From positions 91,361,494 to 91,425,493 of the forward strand of contig JARDVH010000163.1 in the NCBI GenBank assembly GCA_030324005.1: a stretch of 64,000 bases of DNA, in the 5' to 3' direction. Positions 23,061 to 35,896 of the stretch are shown piece after piece (positions within the stretch are counted from its first letter, which is position 1; each line of letters starts with the position of its first letter). The DNA is from Negaprion brevirostris (taxonomy: Eukaryota). The notes beneath the pieces are model-generated. The model was not told the origin of the DNA and did not search any database. It saw nothing but the letters and a program-made list of their open reading frames with translations. A program made the translations under genes and the position numbers.

Positions 23061-24899
23061 TNNNNNNNNNNNNNNNNNNNNNNNNNNNNNNNNNNNNNNN
23101 NNNNNNNNNNNNNNNNNNNNNNNNNNNNNNNNNNNNNNNNNNNNNNNNNNNNNNNNNNNNNNNNNNTTCAATCTTTTCAATATTTAATTGAAGTTCTTAA
23201 TAGTCGGCAGCAAAATGACCATTCAAAATTGAATTGGCTCCTGTACGCATTTTTTAAAAATCAATTTTATATGAACAACTAATCAGCCACTATCAATTCT
23301 CAAAATGTGTTCCTACCTGAGCACTTAGTTATAACATGTTGTCTTCCAACTAAGACTCAAGGTGATTATCATTGTTTGCTTTGTTTGTTGTTGCTGCACA
23401 ATGATTTTAGCTGTTACATGCCAGCTCTGCTATCAGTCGAGATCCTTCTCCCACTTCACTGCTTGTATCCATAGTAAATCTGACATCCATTGTAATGCAT
23501 TACATTTGACTGTATTGAGTTTCATCTGCCATTTGCCTGTCTATAATGTTATTAAATTATGTTCAGAAGTTCTTTGATAATCCCTCTGACATGACTTCTG
23601 TCCCTTCTACAAATCTGACCAGTTTGTACTGGATTCCTGAGTCCAAGTCATTAATTAAACTCAGGGTCGTTGGGCCTCCAGCACTAATCCCTGGCCATTA
23701 TGCTCATCTACCACCATGACGTTACTTTGCTGACAATTACTGAAACTGTTTGCTTTCCTTCAGACAATTAAAAAAAATCAAAACCCTGAAATCCCACTAT
23801 TATTTTCTTATTGCAAGAAATGTTATAAGAAGTATATATGTAAAATGGTTATACATTTTAGAAAATATACAAGTAATATGGATTCAATTAACAAATTGGA
23901 AAGAACTAGCTTAGAAAAAGCCACATAATTGAAATTTAGGAGGTATTCTTCAGGCAAAGCAATTTACCACGAATGACTGATTCTTCCCTTTTATACACCC
24001 TACTTTGGAATTAATTTAGCAACAATAAGACTACTGTGTCTGTGAATGCACAGCTAATTCAGAGATGTATATTCTGTACTCCAGTGAGCTGTTAATGCGC
24101 TGGAGGAAAGTCTATATATGCCAGCTATCGTGGATAACAAGTCAATGTTTGGCTGCTTCATCCAAGTTGTCACTGTAAGCTTGTAGATTGTGAATGTTGG
24201 CAGCTTTTCCATTGTGTGTTTCACCATCCAGCTCAATTATGTCATTATCCAATGTTGGAACAGTTGCAATTTTGATAAAATAAATGTTATATAATCTTCC
24301 ATTACATGATTTACAAAATGCCAAAGCATGCACCTCTTGTCATAACACAACTTATGAAGTGCAATGACATGTTTGCAAACATAGAATCAACAGGGACAGA
24401 AGGATGTCATTCCACCCATTTTGCCCATATTGGCTTTCTGAACAAGCTATCTAACTAGTGCCACTTAATTGCTTTTTCCCCACATTCCTACAAATAGTCG
24501 TACCCTATTCATCATAAGCAATGTCTCAAAAACAACAGTGAAATGAGTGACCAGTTAATCTGTTGATTCTAGCTGAGGCAGGACTAGCGATCAGGCAAAA
24601 AATAAACCTCCTGCTTTTCTTCAAATAATATTTCTTCAAATAACAGTGTTTTATGAATGCGTTATGAGCTTATGAGTCCATGCTCTCACCTGAAACCTGA
24701 ACTCAGAAACATGTGATTCAGACATAATGCTTTCAAGATTAAAATTGGCAAATACAAATTAATTTAATTTCAGAATGAGATTAAGCACTAATACTATTTT
24801 AATTAAAGGAGTAGTTAATTTCCGTAATGTTGAAAATTATTGGTAATGTGGAATCAGTATTTTGCGGTACACAATGAGATTTTTTGAATCAGCTTTTAG

Positions 24900-26740
24900 C
24901 CTCACACCCCTTATTTCTCCCTACTTGCTCTAATGAAACCCCGCATTAGGTCTCCAACTGCTATGAGGAGAACAATCTGATTTTCTCCAATCACTCCACA
25001 TAACTGAACTTGCTCATTCCTGATATCATGATTTAACCTCAACCGTACATGACTGTTCACATCCTTGACATCCTTCTTAAAGTGTAGTGCTCAGAAATCT
25101 ACACAACACTCCAGCTGAAGGCTAATCGGAGATTTGTAATGTTTGAACAAAACTCAATTGGCTTTGTATTAAGTTTCTCTATTTATAAAGCTAAGTGCCT
25201 TTGCCAACCATCACCTTAACTTGTTCTGTCACCTTTAAAGTTTTGTGAGTAAGCACCACCAGATCCCTTTTGATCTGCTCAGCTATTTCCTCAGAATAGC
25301 ATCCTTCAGATTATACAGCCTTTCCGCATCACTTCTTCCAAAATGAATCACTTCATAATGACCAATGTTAGATTACTTCTGCCACGTGTCTGTCCATTTT
25401 ACCAGTCTATTTATGTCCTCTTAATGTCTATCATGCTCACTATTTACTATGTCGACCAGTTTTGTATCATCCACAAACTTAAGAATTGCATTCCCTGCAG
25501 TCTGGTCCAAGTTATTCATTTATAGCAAAAAAAAGCAATAATCCTGATACCAAACTGATGGGGACCCAGCCCACTGCATACTTTCTCTCCCATCAGAAAA
25601 GCTTCTATTCACCAGTACTCTCTGCCTCCCATCTCTTAGCCAATTTCATGCTCAATTTATCATTGTTTCTTTAATGCCATATGTCTCTTTGTTCCAAATA
25701 TGTCTGTTAGTGAGGTTTGATTCCGGCCTTGGGTGACTGTGTGGACTTTGCATGTTCTCCTTGTCGGTGCTCTAGTTTCCATCCGCAGTCCAAAGATGTG
25801 CAGGTTCGGTGGATTGGCCATGATAAATTGCCCCTTTAGTGTCCACAGATACGTACTTTAGATGGTGTGCGCATGCTAAATTGCCTCTTAGCGTCCAAAG
25901 GTATGTAGGTTAGGGGGATTAGTCATGGTCAATGCACAGTATTATGGGGACAGGTTGGAGGGTGGGGCTGGNNNNNNNNNNNNNNNNNNNNNNNNNNNNN
26001 NNNNNNNNNNNNNNNNNNNNNNNNNNNNNNNNNNNNNNNNNNNNNNNNNNNNNNNNNNNNNNNNNNNNNNNATGGGGACAGGTTGGAGGGTGGGGCTGGG
26101 TAAGATGTTCTGTCTGAGAGTCAGTGCAGACTCGATGGGCCGAATGGCCTCTTTCTGCACTGTAGGGATTCTATTGTTTAATCAACTCACTTAGGTCCAT
26201 ATCACTACATATACTCCACTACCTTCATCAGACCACTGTTACTTTATCAAAGAACTCAATCTTTGGCAGGAAAGTCACTGGCGACCATGCTCAAGTACAA
26301 AATGAATTTTCATTCATTAGTGATAGAATCACCATATTAACTGGTCACTCACTTCACTGTTGTTTTTGAACATTGCTTATGAGAATTGGGTACTACCATT
26401 TGTAGGGATATGGGGAAAAAACAAATATGTGGCATTAGTTAGATTGCTCTTTCAAAAAGCCAGCATGGGCACAATGGGCCGCGTGACATCCTTGTGTCCC
26501 TCTTGATTCTATATTTGCAATCAAGACATGATTTACCACAAACCACTGTGTTGGTTGTTCTAACCCCAGGCTTCTCCAAGTGAAAATTAATTTTGTACTT
26601 GAGCATAGTCGCCAATAACTTTCTTACCACTAATGTTAGACTTGCTGTATTACTAGGCTTATTACTCTATACTTTTTTGAATAAGGATAAGCATTTGAAA
26701 TCCTTCAGTCCTCCGTTATCTAAGGAAGATTGAAAGATTT
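24900..26740 (-). mobile_element. Old CR1 LINE relic in several pieces, split by a V-SINE
   Basis: Reverse-strand RT relics including KFVDDTKL (25459-25480, FADDTKL) and CR1 3' motifs near 24940-25130. Confidence 0.65.
25712..26175 (+). mobile_element. V-SINE with CR1-type tail (spans a 100-N gap with duplicated flanks)
   Basis: V-domain plus tail GCAGACTCGATGGGCCGAATGGCCTC..TCTGCACTGTAGGGATTCTAT. Confidence 0.85.
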
Positions 26741-29039
26741 TGGTTCAAGCCAGAAGCCACCGGATGTTAAAGAGAGGGGGTACCTGACTTTGGATAGGAG
26801 CTTCAATCTTCCCACCAGCCTAAAAAATGAAGCTGGGTGGGAAACGTTCAGTTAACTCATGATTAATCAGCGACTTAAGGACCTCAACTGGGACAAGGGC
26901 AAGCTTCCCATCCTAGGCCTTGCCTGCCCCAACATAAAATCACTGTGTAGTTGGGGTGAGCAGGAACCCTGACCCTTCAGTGTCACACTCCNNNNNNNNN
27001 NNNNNNNNNNNNNNNNNNNNNNNNNNNNNNNNNNNNNNNNNNNNNNNNNNNNNNNNNNNNNNNNNNNNNNNNNNNNNNNNNNNNNNNNNNNNNNNNNNNN
27101 NNNNNNNNNNNNNNNNNNNNNNNNNNNNNNNNNNNNNNNNNNNNNNNNNNNNNNNNNNNNNNNNNNNNNNNNNNNNNNNNNNNNNNNNNNNNNNNNNNNN
27201 NNNNNNNNNNNNNNNATTGAATGCTGTGCTATTGGTGTTAATATGATCTATATACTAGCCATCAAACCAACTGAGCTAATTGGCCCTCCCTTGATAAACA
27301 TAATAAACTCAAATAACAGGGTGTGCTGAATGAAGGGCATTTATCTTGAAAATATTCTCCACTTACTCTGGTTTCATGTCTTTGCCAAGAATTGGAGAGG
27401 AGAACCATAAAGAATGGAAGCAATTGTCACCAATTGATCCAAATGTAATGCATGGCAGACAAACAAGAGGGTACTCTTGAACACCAAAAATACTCAACTT
27501 ATGCCATGACTGCCTAAGCTTTGAATGACTGGAGTACTGTAGCTCATTTTCTGTTTGACTTGTTTGAAATGAAGGTCAAGCATCCTTTTTAAAACATATT
27601 TTTCTCACAACAAATATTTCATGAAAATGAATCTTTTAGGTAGTCTTTAAAGGGACCATGGGCTAAAAATTGTTGACAAGATGGTTAGTGTACACAATTC
27701 ACAATTTTGAATGGCATTCCTCTGTCTTAAACTCATGGTTAGTACCTGTTGTTGAAAAAGGAAGAGAGCCTCTCATAAAGCATTCATTTAGCAATATCAC
27801 TAGTACCAACCCTTCATTGCATGTGATACGTAAATAGCATGTTCAGCAACTGACAGGAACAAATGTATTTTCTAAATACTAAATTGGTATTGCACAGGAA
27901 AAAAAACTCTTAAAATGGATTGCTAGTCAAACCATCATACTTGTCTTACATATTGATTCCGGATACTTTTTATAATCTTCAGTGTTGAATTAATTTAAAT
28001 TTTGTGGAAAATCAATATTCTGAAGCATCAGGTTGATGGCACGCAACTGAACAATGGTCTTAGCTTTGACATGGATACTTTATTAACATTCTGTCAGGTT
28101 ACCAAACAGAATTAATAAAAATCTGTGCCTCTGTGACTGCTAAACATTCAGATTCCCCTCAGGCATAAAGTGCCTCTTCACAGCTTGCATTTGCAGGAGC
28201 TTTTTCAAATAGCTGATGGAATTCCAATCAAAGTAACTGTTTGCACACAGATAGGAATCTATTTGCTGTCAGTTCTACTAGCTAGTCTGGTGAAGAATGC
28301 AATATCTGTTTAGACAAGGGTGGCTCTTTATAATTTTAAGTCAAGCATTGCTTTTCTGTTCTTCAATTTTTTAGAGCACTGGTAAGATTATGGGGAGCTT
28401 TTTGGAGGTTTCCTGCTGTTGATTTTTTGCACAGCTGGAGATAAATGAGCTTTGACAACTAACTCCAGCCAGCGATGAAACAAAGACAACAAAGGTGCTT
28501 GTCTGTGGCCTTAAGTAGGTTATTCAAGCAGTTTCTGTTTTGTCCCCAGAGAATAACTATGTATCGTGTTAAGAATTCCACATACAGCTTTATTTAAAGC
28601 CTTGTGTTTTCTCTGTTAAACTCATTCATTCAGAAATTGTTTGACTCCCACTGTGCTATGCAGGAGACTTTGTAGATCATATGCCATTCACACCTGAAGT
28701 TTAAAATACCTGAACTGACATTACACCCCAGAAATGTACCATTCATTTCCAGTAAATAAATGTGCTAATATATTTTTGAGTCAAGTTGCATAGCCTAATG
28801 TATTAAAGTTAAATTAAAAATATTTTCCATAGTCCAGTGAATGAATCTCTAATCTACAGACAAATATGCATCTTGTGCTTCTGTAATTAGAGTCACAGGA
28901 GGCTGAGCAAAGCACGTACCTTNNNNNNNNNNTAAATGGCCCCCCCCCCCCCCCCCCCCACCACCATGTTGGAACTGTGAAATCCAATATCCTTTATTCT
29001 TACAGCAGAATTGTATCCCTGCATTTATACAGAATTATA

Positions 29040-29500
29040 TCTTCTGTAAAGATGTTTTCCTGGAATATTCATATACCTGGGGTCAAACTTTGCTCATGGT
29101 TGGTACGCACTCTCTGTATTTCATTCTCAAACACATAACGATCATAACAAAAAATGTGAATGATGGTATGCTTTATCCCTGGTATTTTCAACATCTGTCA
29201 CTTGTAAGCTCAACAGATAAGATTGACTTGATACTTTCAAAAATTGTATCCATCAAGTCTTTTCGCTGTTTCAACAATCTTATTACCCAACGTGTTCTTG
29301 AAAAGTTTAAAATATGGGCTTGTGTTATGGTACTCATTTGGGCCAAGCTATGTCTGTGAAGTCTGAGTCGTATGCATAACGTCAATCATGGTTTTGGAAG
29401 AACAACACTATTTATTCTTGAATTTGCTTGAATTCTTTTAGCTTTCCTATTTAAAGCTGGAATTTCATGATTCCCATTGTGCAAATGTAGAGCACGCAGC
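29040..29500 (-). mobile_element. Possible highly degraded hAT-type transposase fragment
   Basis: Across frames LNFSRTRWV...TIFESIKSILS...DVENTRDKA...SFTFFVMIVM follows the order of the hAT L..TRW...Y..I...L...A..L..F.F.V motifs. Several stops and frameshifts are present. Confidence 0.35.
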
Positions 29501-29529
29501 TCTACATTTTCAGTTCAATTGGAGAACTA

Positions 29530-30160
29530 CTTTTGTTTTGCAAAAATATACTTTATTTGTCACTGTCTGAAAGAACAATACAGACATTTCACATAGCCAT
29601 CTCAGAAAGTGCAATGATCTTCAGGTTTTCTGCATAGATCACGTTATACTCTGGTATTTCAATACAATTGTGATAATGTAGTATTCATTGGATAACCTAG
29701 GAAATTCTAATCAGACTAGACAGGGTAGATGCAAGATTGTTGAGGTGTCCAGAACCAGGGTCACAGTCTGAGGATACAGAGTAGACTGTTTAGGACAGAG
29801 ATGACAAGAAATTTCTTCACGCAGAGAGTTGTCAGCCTCTAGAATTTGCTACCACAGAAAGCAGTTGAGGCCAAAACATTGTAATGTTTCAAGAAACAGT
29901 TAAATATAGCACTTGAGGTGAAGGAGATCAAAGGATATGGGGGGAAGGCGGGATCAGACTATTGAGTTTGATGATCAGCCATCATCACAAAGAATGGTGG
30001 AGCAGGCTCGTAGATCTGAATGGCCTCCTCCTGCTCCTATTTTCTATACAATTCTCCTTCCCTCCCTGCACTATGGCCAAAAGGCCTTAGACAGCAAACT
30101 GTCCCCATTGCGCCTCTGTGGCAGCTGCCCCAAGCTTTTAGAGCATCCCACAGCTGGAGA
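29530..30160 (-). mobile_element. Tx1-like LINE 3' end with a CR1 3' fragment (+, ~29695-30050) inserted in its 3' UTR
   Basis: Tail CAAAAATATACTTTATT (compare 58606-58625). Minus strand 30065-30150 reads LWDALK/LGAAATEAQWGQ, resembling Tx1 C-terminal LRDALKLGAAAAKAQWGK. The CR1 insert ends GAATGGCCTCCTCCTGCTCCTATTTTCTAT. Confidence 0.7.
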
Positions 30161-30927
30161 ACGGATAGAAACTCAGGGAGCCCACGTTGGGTCCTTGAAG
30201 GCTGGGTTGCTAAATTAACATTTGCTGGTGGTAACAGTGGGAGTACCCACGGGAACTCCAACTAGCTGTGTTCTATTAATGGAAAAAACACCTCCTGAAA
30301 TATTTTCCTTCTTGGGATTTACAGTTGTGTAAGTTCAAAGTGGCAAAAGATTTTTCGAGGTTGATCCCCTGCTGACATCTAACACATTGCTGATAATTAA
30401 ATTTATTCCTCATGCTGAGCAGTTCTTAATCAGGATTTACTGTTGGTATTTCCAGGAAGAGTTGTCTGGAGGCACGCAATACTCCTCCCGTTCCAGCCTC
30501 AAAATTCAACAGTTACAGCCATTTTTAGCAGACATACTCTGGGAAGTAGTTGGCAAATACAGGATCTATAGAAGCCTTTCTGATCACAATCAGCATTTCA
30601 GAAACTTGTAAGACCTTTATTTATGTTGATAAGGTTAGTAATGTGAAAGCTTTGTTTTTATTACAAGAAAATCTAGTGGCTCGATTTGCAATAGGTTATT
30701 GATGCATTAAAAGTCTACTACCATTTGATAAAAAAGGATAACTTGTTTTCCATAACGATGATCGGCAATATTTAAATTGAATTTGTAGATCATATTCGGT
30801 GAAATTTTCCTCTCTTTGCAACATCCCCCCTCCTCCAGGCGCAGAGTGTGCACCAGACAGATAGATCTTTCAGCACTGATCTATACATTGCTTTCCTACA
30901 TTAAGAACAAATCGAAGGTTTGAGACT

Positions 30928-31168
30928 GAGGTTCAATTCCTGGCTTCGGTCATTGTGTGGAGTCTGTACATTCTCCCCATGTCTGCATGAGTTTCCTCCA
31001 GGTGCTCCAGTTTTCTCCCACATTCTGAAAGACATGCTGATTAGGTTCATTGGCCATGTTAAATTCTCCCTCAGTGTACCTGAATAGGCGCCGGAGTGTG
31101 ACAACTCAGGGATTTTCACAGTAACTGCATTACATTGTTAATGTAAGCCTACTTGTGACAATAATAAA
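30928..31168 (+). mobile_element. V-SINE with Rex1-like tail
   Basis: B-box GGTTCAATTCC, V-domain, and tail GTAAGCCTACTTGTGACAATAATAAA. Confidence 0.85.
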
Positions 31169-31349
31169 ACAAATCCAGGCTGATTTTCAGCAGGTAAGTT
31201 AGAAACTCCTCTGCTCCACTAATGAGGTCCACATTCAAATGCCACTGGCCAACTTCCCACCAGTTCCACCCAGAAAATAGTCAGGAAGTAATAGGGTATT
31301 GTGTGACCTTGAGGCCACTTATTGTGGCAGAATAGGCTGCTATAACCTG

Positions 31350-32390
31350 CAGGCTAGAGGGTGAAATGGGCAGTGATCTCCATCTATGGGAATGGCAGCG
31401 AGGGTACAACGTCCAGCAAAATCTAGCAATTGCGAATCTTGCTGGTGAGATTGTTATTTCTGATTTTTGCTGCCCCTTGCCAGTGACTTAATCAGGTTCA
31501 ACCCACAATGGGCATAAACCTGGTTTTAATGCATTTTACTAAATTTCAGTATAGTTAAAGAACACCCCCCCACCACCACCATATATTTCCCCCTCGCTGT
31601 ATTTTCAAACCACACCAATTTGACCCCATGCTGACATAATTTACAACAGGTTCATCCAAATGTGAACCTGTCCCTCCTCCAGGGATGTAAAGTAAGTATA
31701 GCCCCCGGAGGAGATGGACATCGTTAGGCAGTGCCCTAACACTGCCCCCGGCACAGGTACTGGTAGTGACAACCTGTGCCAGGGAATATTACCTGGGGCA
31801 GATCCTAGTAAAGCCTCAGTTGGTGGGGTGTGGGGGTGGGGAGTGGAGGGGGCAGGGGAGGGACTCATTTATTTGTGGTAGTGGGAGCAGATGTGGGAGC
31901 TCTGGATGCCAGAAATGGCGGTTTGAGATGGGGGAGGGCGGGTTTGATGCTTGGGGAAAGAGTGGGAAGTGCTGGCATTGATTGTTGCGGTGTATGGTTC
32001 CAATGCCTATGATGCTTAGGGGTGTGGAGGTTTGCCAGCAACGACTGTTTGCAGGAGGAATGGGGGAGAGATGATGACTTTGATTACAAGAGGGGTGGGG
32101 GAGTCCCTGAGACCCCCATGATGGGGGAGACAGGGGGAAAGTTATTTTGCTTTGATTGGGACCTCTTTCAAAATGGTGCTCTGATCTCAGTGCAGCCAGC
32201 TTTACCGGTGTGTGTACACCCAATCCCTCAAAGTGATGGCATGAAACACGCCCACCTGTTTTTTTTGACATTGTGTCAGGAGACCTGGAAAGAAAATTGG
32301 CTTGTTTCAGTGGAGAGAAACATGCTGGTTTTCAGTCAGACCTTGAAACTTTGTGGGGAATTTTCCCGTCCCACCGCCAGAGGAATTGTA
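31350..32390. mobile_element. GC-rich non-autonomous Harbinger-like element(s)
   Basis: GC-rich island with GGCA..GCC-type internal motifs; a second TIR-like start GGGGAATTTTCCCGTCCCACCGCC at ~32355 runs into the gap. Confidence 0.4.
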
Positions 32391-33245
32391 NNNNNNNNNN
32401 NNNNNNNNNNNNNNNNNNNNNNNNNNNNNNNNNNNNNNNNNNNNNNNNNNNNNNNNNNNNNNNNNNNNNNNNNNNNNNNNNNNNNNNNNNNNNNNNNNNN
32501 NNNNNNNNNNNNNNNNNNNNNNNNNNNNNNNNNNNNNNNNNNNNNNNNNNNNNNNNNNNNNNNNNNNNNNNNNNNNNNNNNNNNNNNNNNNNNNNNNNNN
32601 NNNNNNNNNNNNNNNNNNNNNNNNNNNNNNNNNNNNNNNNNNNNNNNNNNNNNNNNNNNNNNNNNNNNNNNNNNNNNNNNNNNNNNNNNNNNNNNNNNNN
32701 NNNNNNNNNNNNNNNNNNNNNNNNNNNNNNNNNNNNNNNNNNNNNNNNNNNNNNNNNNNNNNNNNNNNNNNNNNNNNNNNNNNNNNNNNNNNNNNNNNNN
32801 NNNNNNNNNNNNNNNNNNNNNNNNNNNNNNNNNNNNNNNNNNNNNNNNNNNNNNNNNNNNNNNNNNNNNNNNNNNNNNNNNNNNNNNNNNNNNNNNNNNN
32901 NNNNNNNNNNNNNNNNNNNNNNNNNNNNNNNNNNNNNNNNNNNNNNNNNNNNNNNNNNNNNNNNNNNNNNNNNNNNNNNNNNNNNNNNNNNNNNNNNNNN
33001 NNNNNNNNNNNNNNNNNNNNNNNNNNNNNNNNNNNNNNNNNNNNNNNNNNNNNNNNNNNNNNNNNNNNNNNNNNNNNNNNNNNNNNNNNNNNNNNNNNNN
33101 NNNNNNNNNNNNNNNNNNNNNNNNNNNNNNNNNNNNNNNNNNNNNNNNNNNNNNNNNNNNNNNNNNNNNNNNNNNNNNNNNNNNNNNNNNNNNNNNNNNN
33201 NNNNNNNNNNNNNNNNNNNNNNNNNNNNNNNNNNNNNNNNNNNNN

Positions 33246-33960
33246 TTTAAGAATATGCTCAAAAGCATCTGGTATCCTTGGCTTTATTAATAGAGGCATG
33301 AACTACAAGAACTAGGAGGTTATGTGATAATATGACAAACCATGCATTAGGACACAGCTGAAGTATTGTGTTTTCTTCTGAACATCACATTTTAGGAAAG
33401 GTGTTTAGTCCTAGGAGAGAGTGCAGAAATTATTTATCACAATGATACTAAGGACAAGGAACTTCAAAGAATTCAGGATTTGATAGAAATGTTTAAAATC
33501 TTGAAGGATTTTGACTGAGTGATGGCAGGGAAAGAGTCTTTCAGAGGACACATATCTAAGGAGATTGCAAAAGAAGCANNNNNNNNNNGGGGAGTGTCTC
33601 AACGACATTGAATCTTTGTTGGTAGCTTAGACACTGCCTGTAGTTTGCACCCCAGTGGGACAGTTTGTGTTCCCTCCTGCTCGCAAAATGAAAACTGTTT
33701 GTCCACGGCCAAAGAACCACTTGGGGAAATGTTTTATTCACGGACAGTGAGTTGTTATGAACTGACTTGCACTATCTGAAAGGGCCACATGAAAGCGGAT
33801 TCAATAATAACATTCAAAAAAAAGTTGAATTGATCTTCTTGAAGGGGAAAAGTTACAGGGCTATGAGAAAGGAATAAGACAATGGGGTTAAATGGCTTAT
33901 TCAACCAAAGAACCACAAAGGGTCAAATGGCCTACATCTATTCTGTATCAATTCATGTTT
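33246..33960 (+). mobile_element. Degraded CR1 LINE 3' part
   Basis: KASGILGFINRGMNYKN relic and CR1-type 3' UTR. Confidence 0.7.
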
Positions 33961-34523
33961 CTGTTAAATGCAATTTTAAAATCAAACAGCCTGTAAAATG
34001 GCTTGTTGATCCAATCCTGCCGTTTAGGTTAAAATTATCCTTTCACCATCCCCACAAAGTTCCAAAGCAACAATGGAAGTCAGCAAGTCAGCTTAGGATC
34101 AGCTTTCATTTTTTTCTGTGGCTCATTAAACTATGTTTGTATCTTTGTGTTCCCAATTCAGATCTTCTTAACCCATATTGTTCCTGGCCAATATTACAGG
34201 GGATAATCTGCTCCAGTTTCCAAAATGCTGCTGTGAAATTAGCTGCCGGGTGTTGCTTGAGAACATCCTTGCAGATGATTTTGCCTTTGTTCTCTCAGGA
34301 AACAGTTGATTCCTCTTAACAGTCTTGTAGATAGTGGCTGAGGGTGTGTACGTCTGTCCCTCTATTCTGTACTTCCATGTTTCAGTATTTTACTTGCATT
34401 AGAGGTATAACTGTTGTGAAGTTTACAATCTGTGGTGTACTATGGCACATGTTCATGAGTATATGCAGATTTTTAATAGGTTTATATTATTGATATCCAT
34501 TGCTTTGCTCCCTCTTGGAACAG

Positions 34524-34541
34524 ATTGTGAGCATCTGAAAG
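34524..34541 (+). other. Candidate 18-nt microexon (phase 1, xCEHLKx)
   Basis: TTGCTTTGCTCCCTCTTGGAACAG|ATTGTGAGCATCTGAAAG|GTAATG. Length is a multiple of 3, only one phase is stop-free, there are two upstream TGC motifs, and it lies in unique sequence. Confidence 0.3.
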
Positions 34542-35763
34542 GTAATGCTGGATTACCGATCAGAATTTAAAACTTTTTTTTCTGTAATTTTAAACAAGTT
34601 GAATAAATCAAATCAGTTTGTATGCATTATGATTGGCTCTTAATTAAGCAGCAAATTGTTTACTAAAATTAATTTCAGAGTAATAGTCATTTTGTTCATT
34701 TGTTACATGGTAATAATTAGTAACATTGTAATATTGCACTACTTAAAGAGCTCTATTTTACACCTGAAACAATTTGTCATAATTGGGGAATTGTTATTCA
34801 ATAAGCTAAAGATTCTGACACTTTGAGAGAATTAGACAGCTGCATGATGGTTTGCATATGATTTTAGATTTACTCAACTTAGAAAGGCCCAGATTTTGCG
34901 GCTGGTTTTAAAGACTGCTTGTCAGTGATGTTGAGGAAAGTCTCACTGAGACCTAGCACTCACTGTGCATAGAACTTNNNNNNNNNNCAGCACTGTCTAA
35001 TGGGGATTCTCAACGTCAGGCTGGAGTGATGCCATCAAGCTGTCCACCCAACCAACCAGAAAATGTAAAGAACTAAATTAATCTTTATTTATTTTAATTT
35101 TACAGAGAAGAAAGTAAAGATTCAGGCATACATATGGGTTTAAGGGAGAAGCTGAAATATCATGAACAAATTTAAAATAACACTTATTAAAATCTGGTTT
35201 AACAAATCTAATAATAAGTGATCTCAAGACATTTAACAACATTCCACAAATATAAAATTAGTTTCCCCAGGTGACATTAGTTGTTCAACAACAGTTATTA
35301 CTCAGATCACTGTCAGACACGCAGTAACATCTCACTCAACACTGCTTAACTTTTTATGGAGTTTCTTGCAGAAATTTGAAAGAATCTTAGGAGAAATTCT
35401 GATATCAGCTGATGGCTGACCCTGAGGTGGGACGGACCTACACTGTAGTCTGTAATGGAGAAGTGAATGACAGACCACAACTTCAGGATTTCCACATTAC
35501 TCTGCGCTTGCTGTAATTCCTGAAATTGCGGTCAGATTCAGAACAGTAATAACAGCAAACACTCCCAACTCCCTGTCAAAACCCTGCAAGTTCCAGGGAA
35601 TTAATGTTTCAACCTTAATAGCACTGCAAGCTAGTGCATGAATATAGAATAAGAGGCTGAATACTGTTTTAATGCATTGGTTCCAGCTAATTTATTTGTT
35701 GTTTCAGATTTAGGAATAACAAAGTAGGAAACATATTGGAATTGCTCTGTGAAGTTTTGCTTG

Positions 35764-35896
35764 GTAAAAAGTCTGACAACACCAGGTTTTAATCCAACCG
35801 ATTTATTTGATAATAAACTCACAAGCTTTTGAGGGGTCACCCTCTTCGTCAGGTGAATGGAGAGTTCTGGCCTCAGACAGAGCATATAAAGCACAG
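35764..35896. mobile_element. Penelope-like element end running into a ~950-N gap, with a decayed hammerhead motif (35819-35856, minus)
   Basis: Homologous to 5422-5545. Minus strand reads TCAC-CTGACGA-A-GAGGG-TGAC-CCCTC-AAAA-GCTT-GTGA. Confidence 0.65.
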
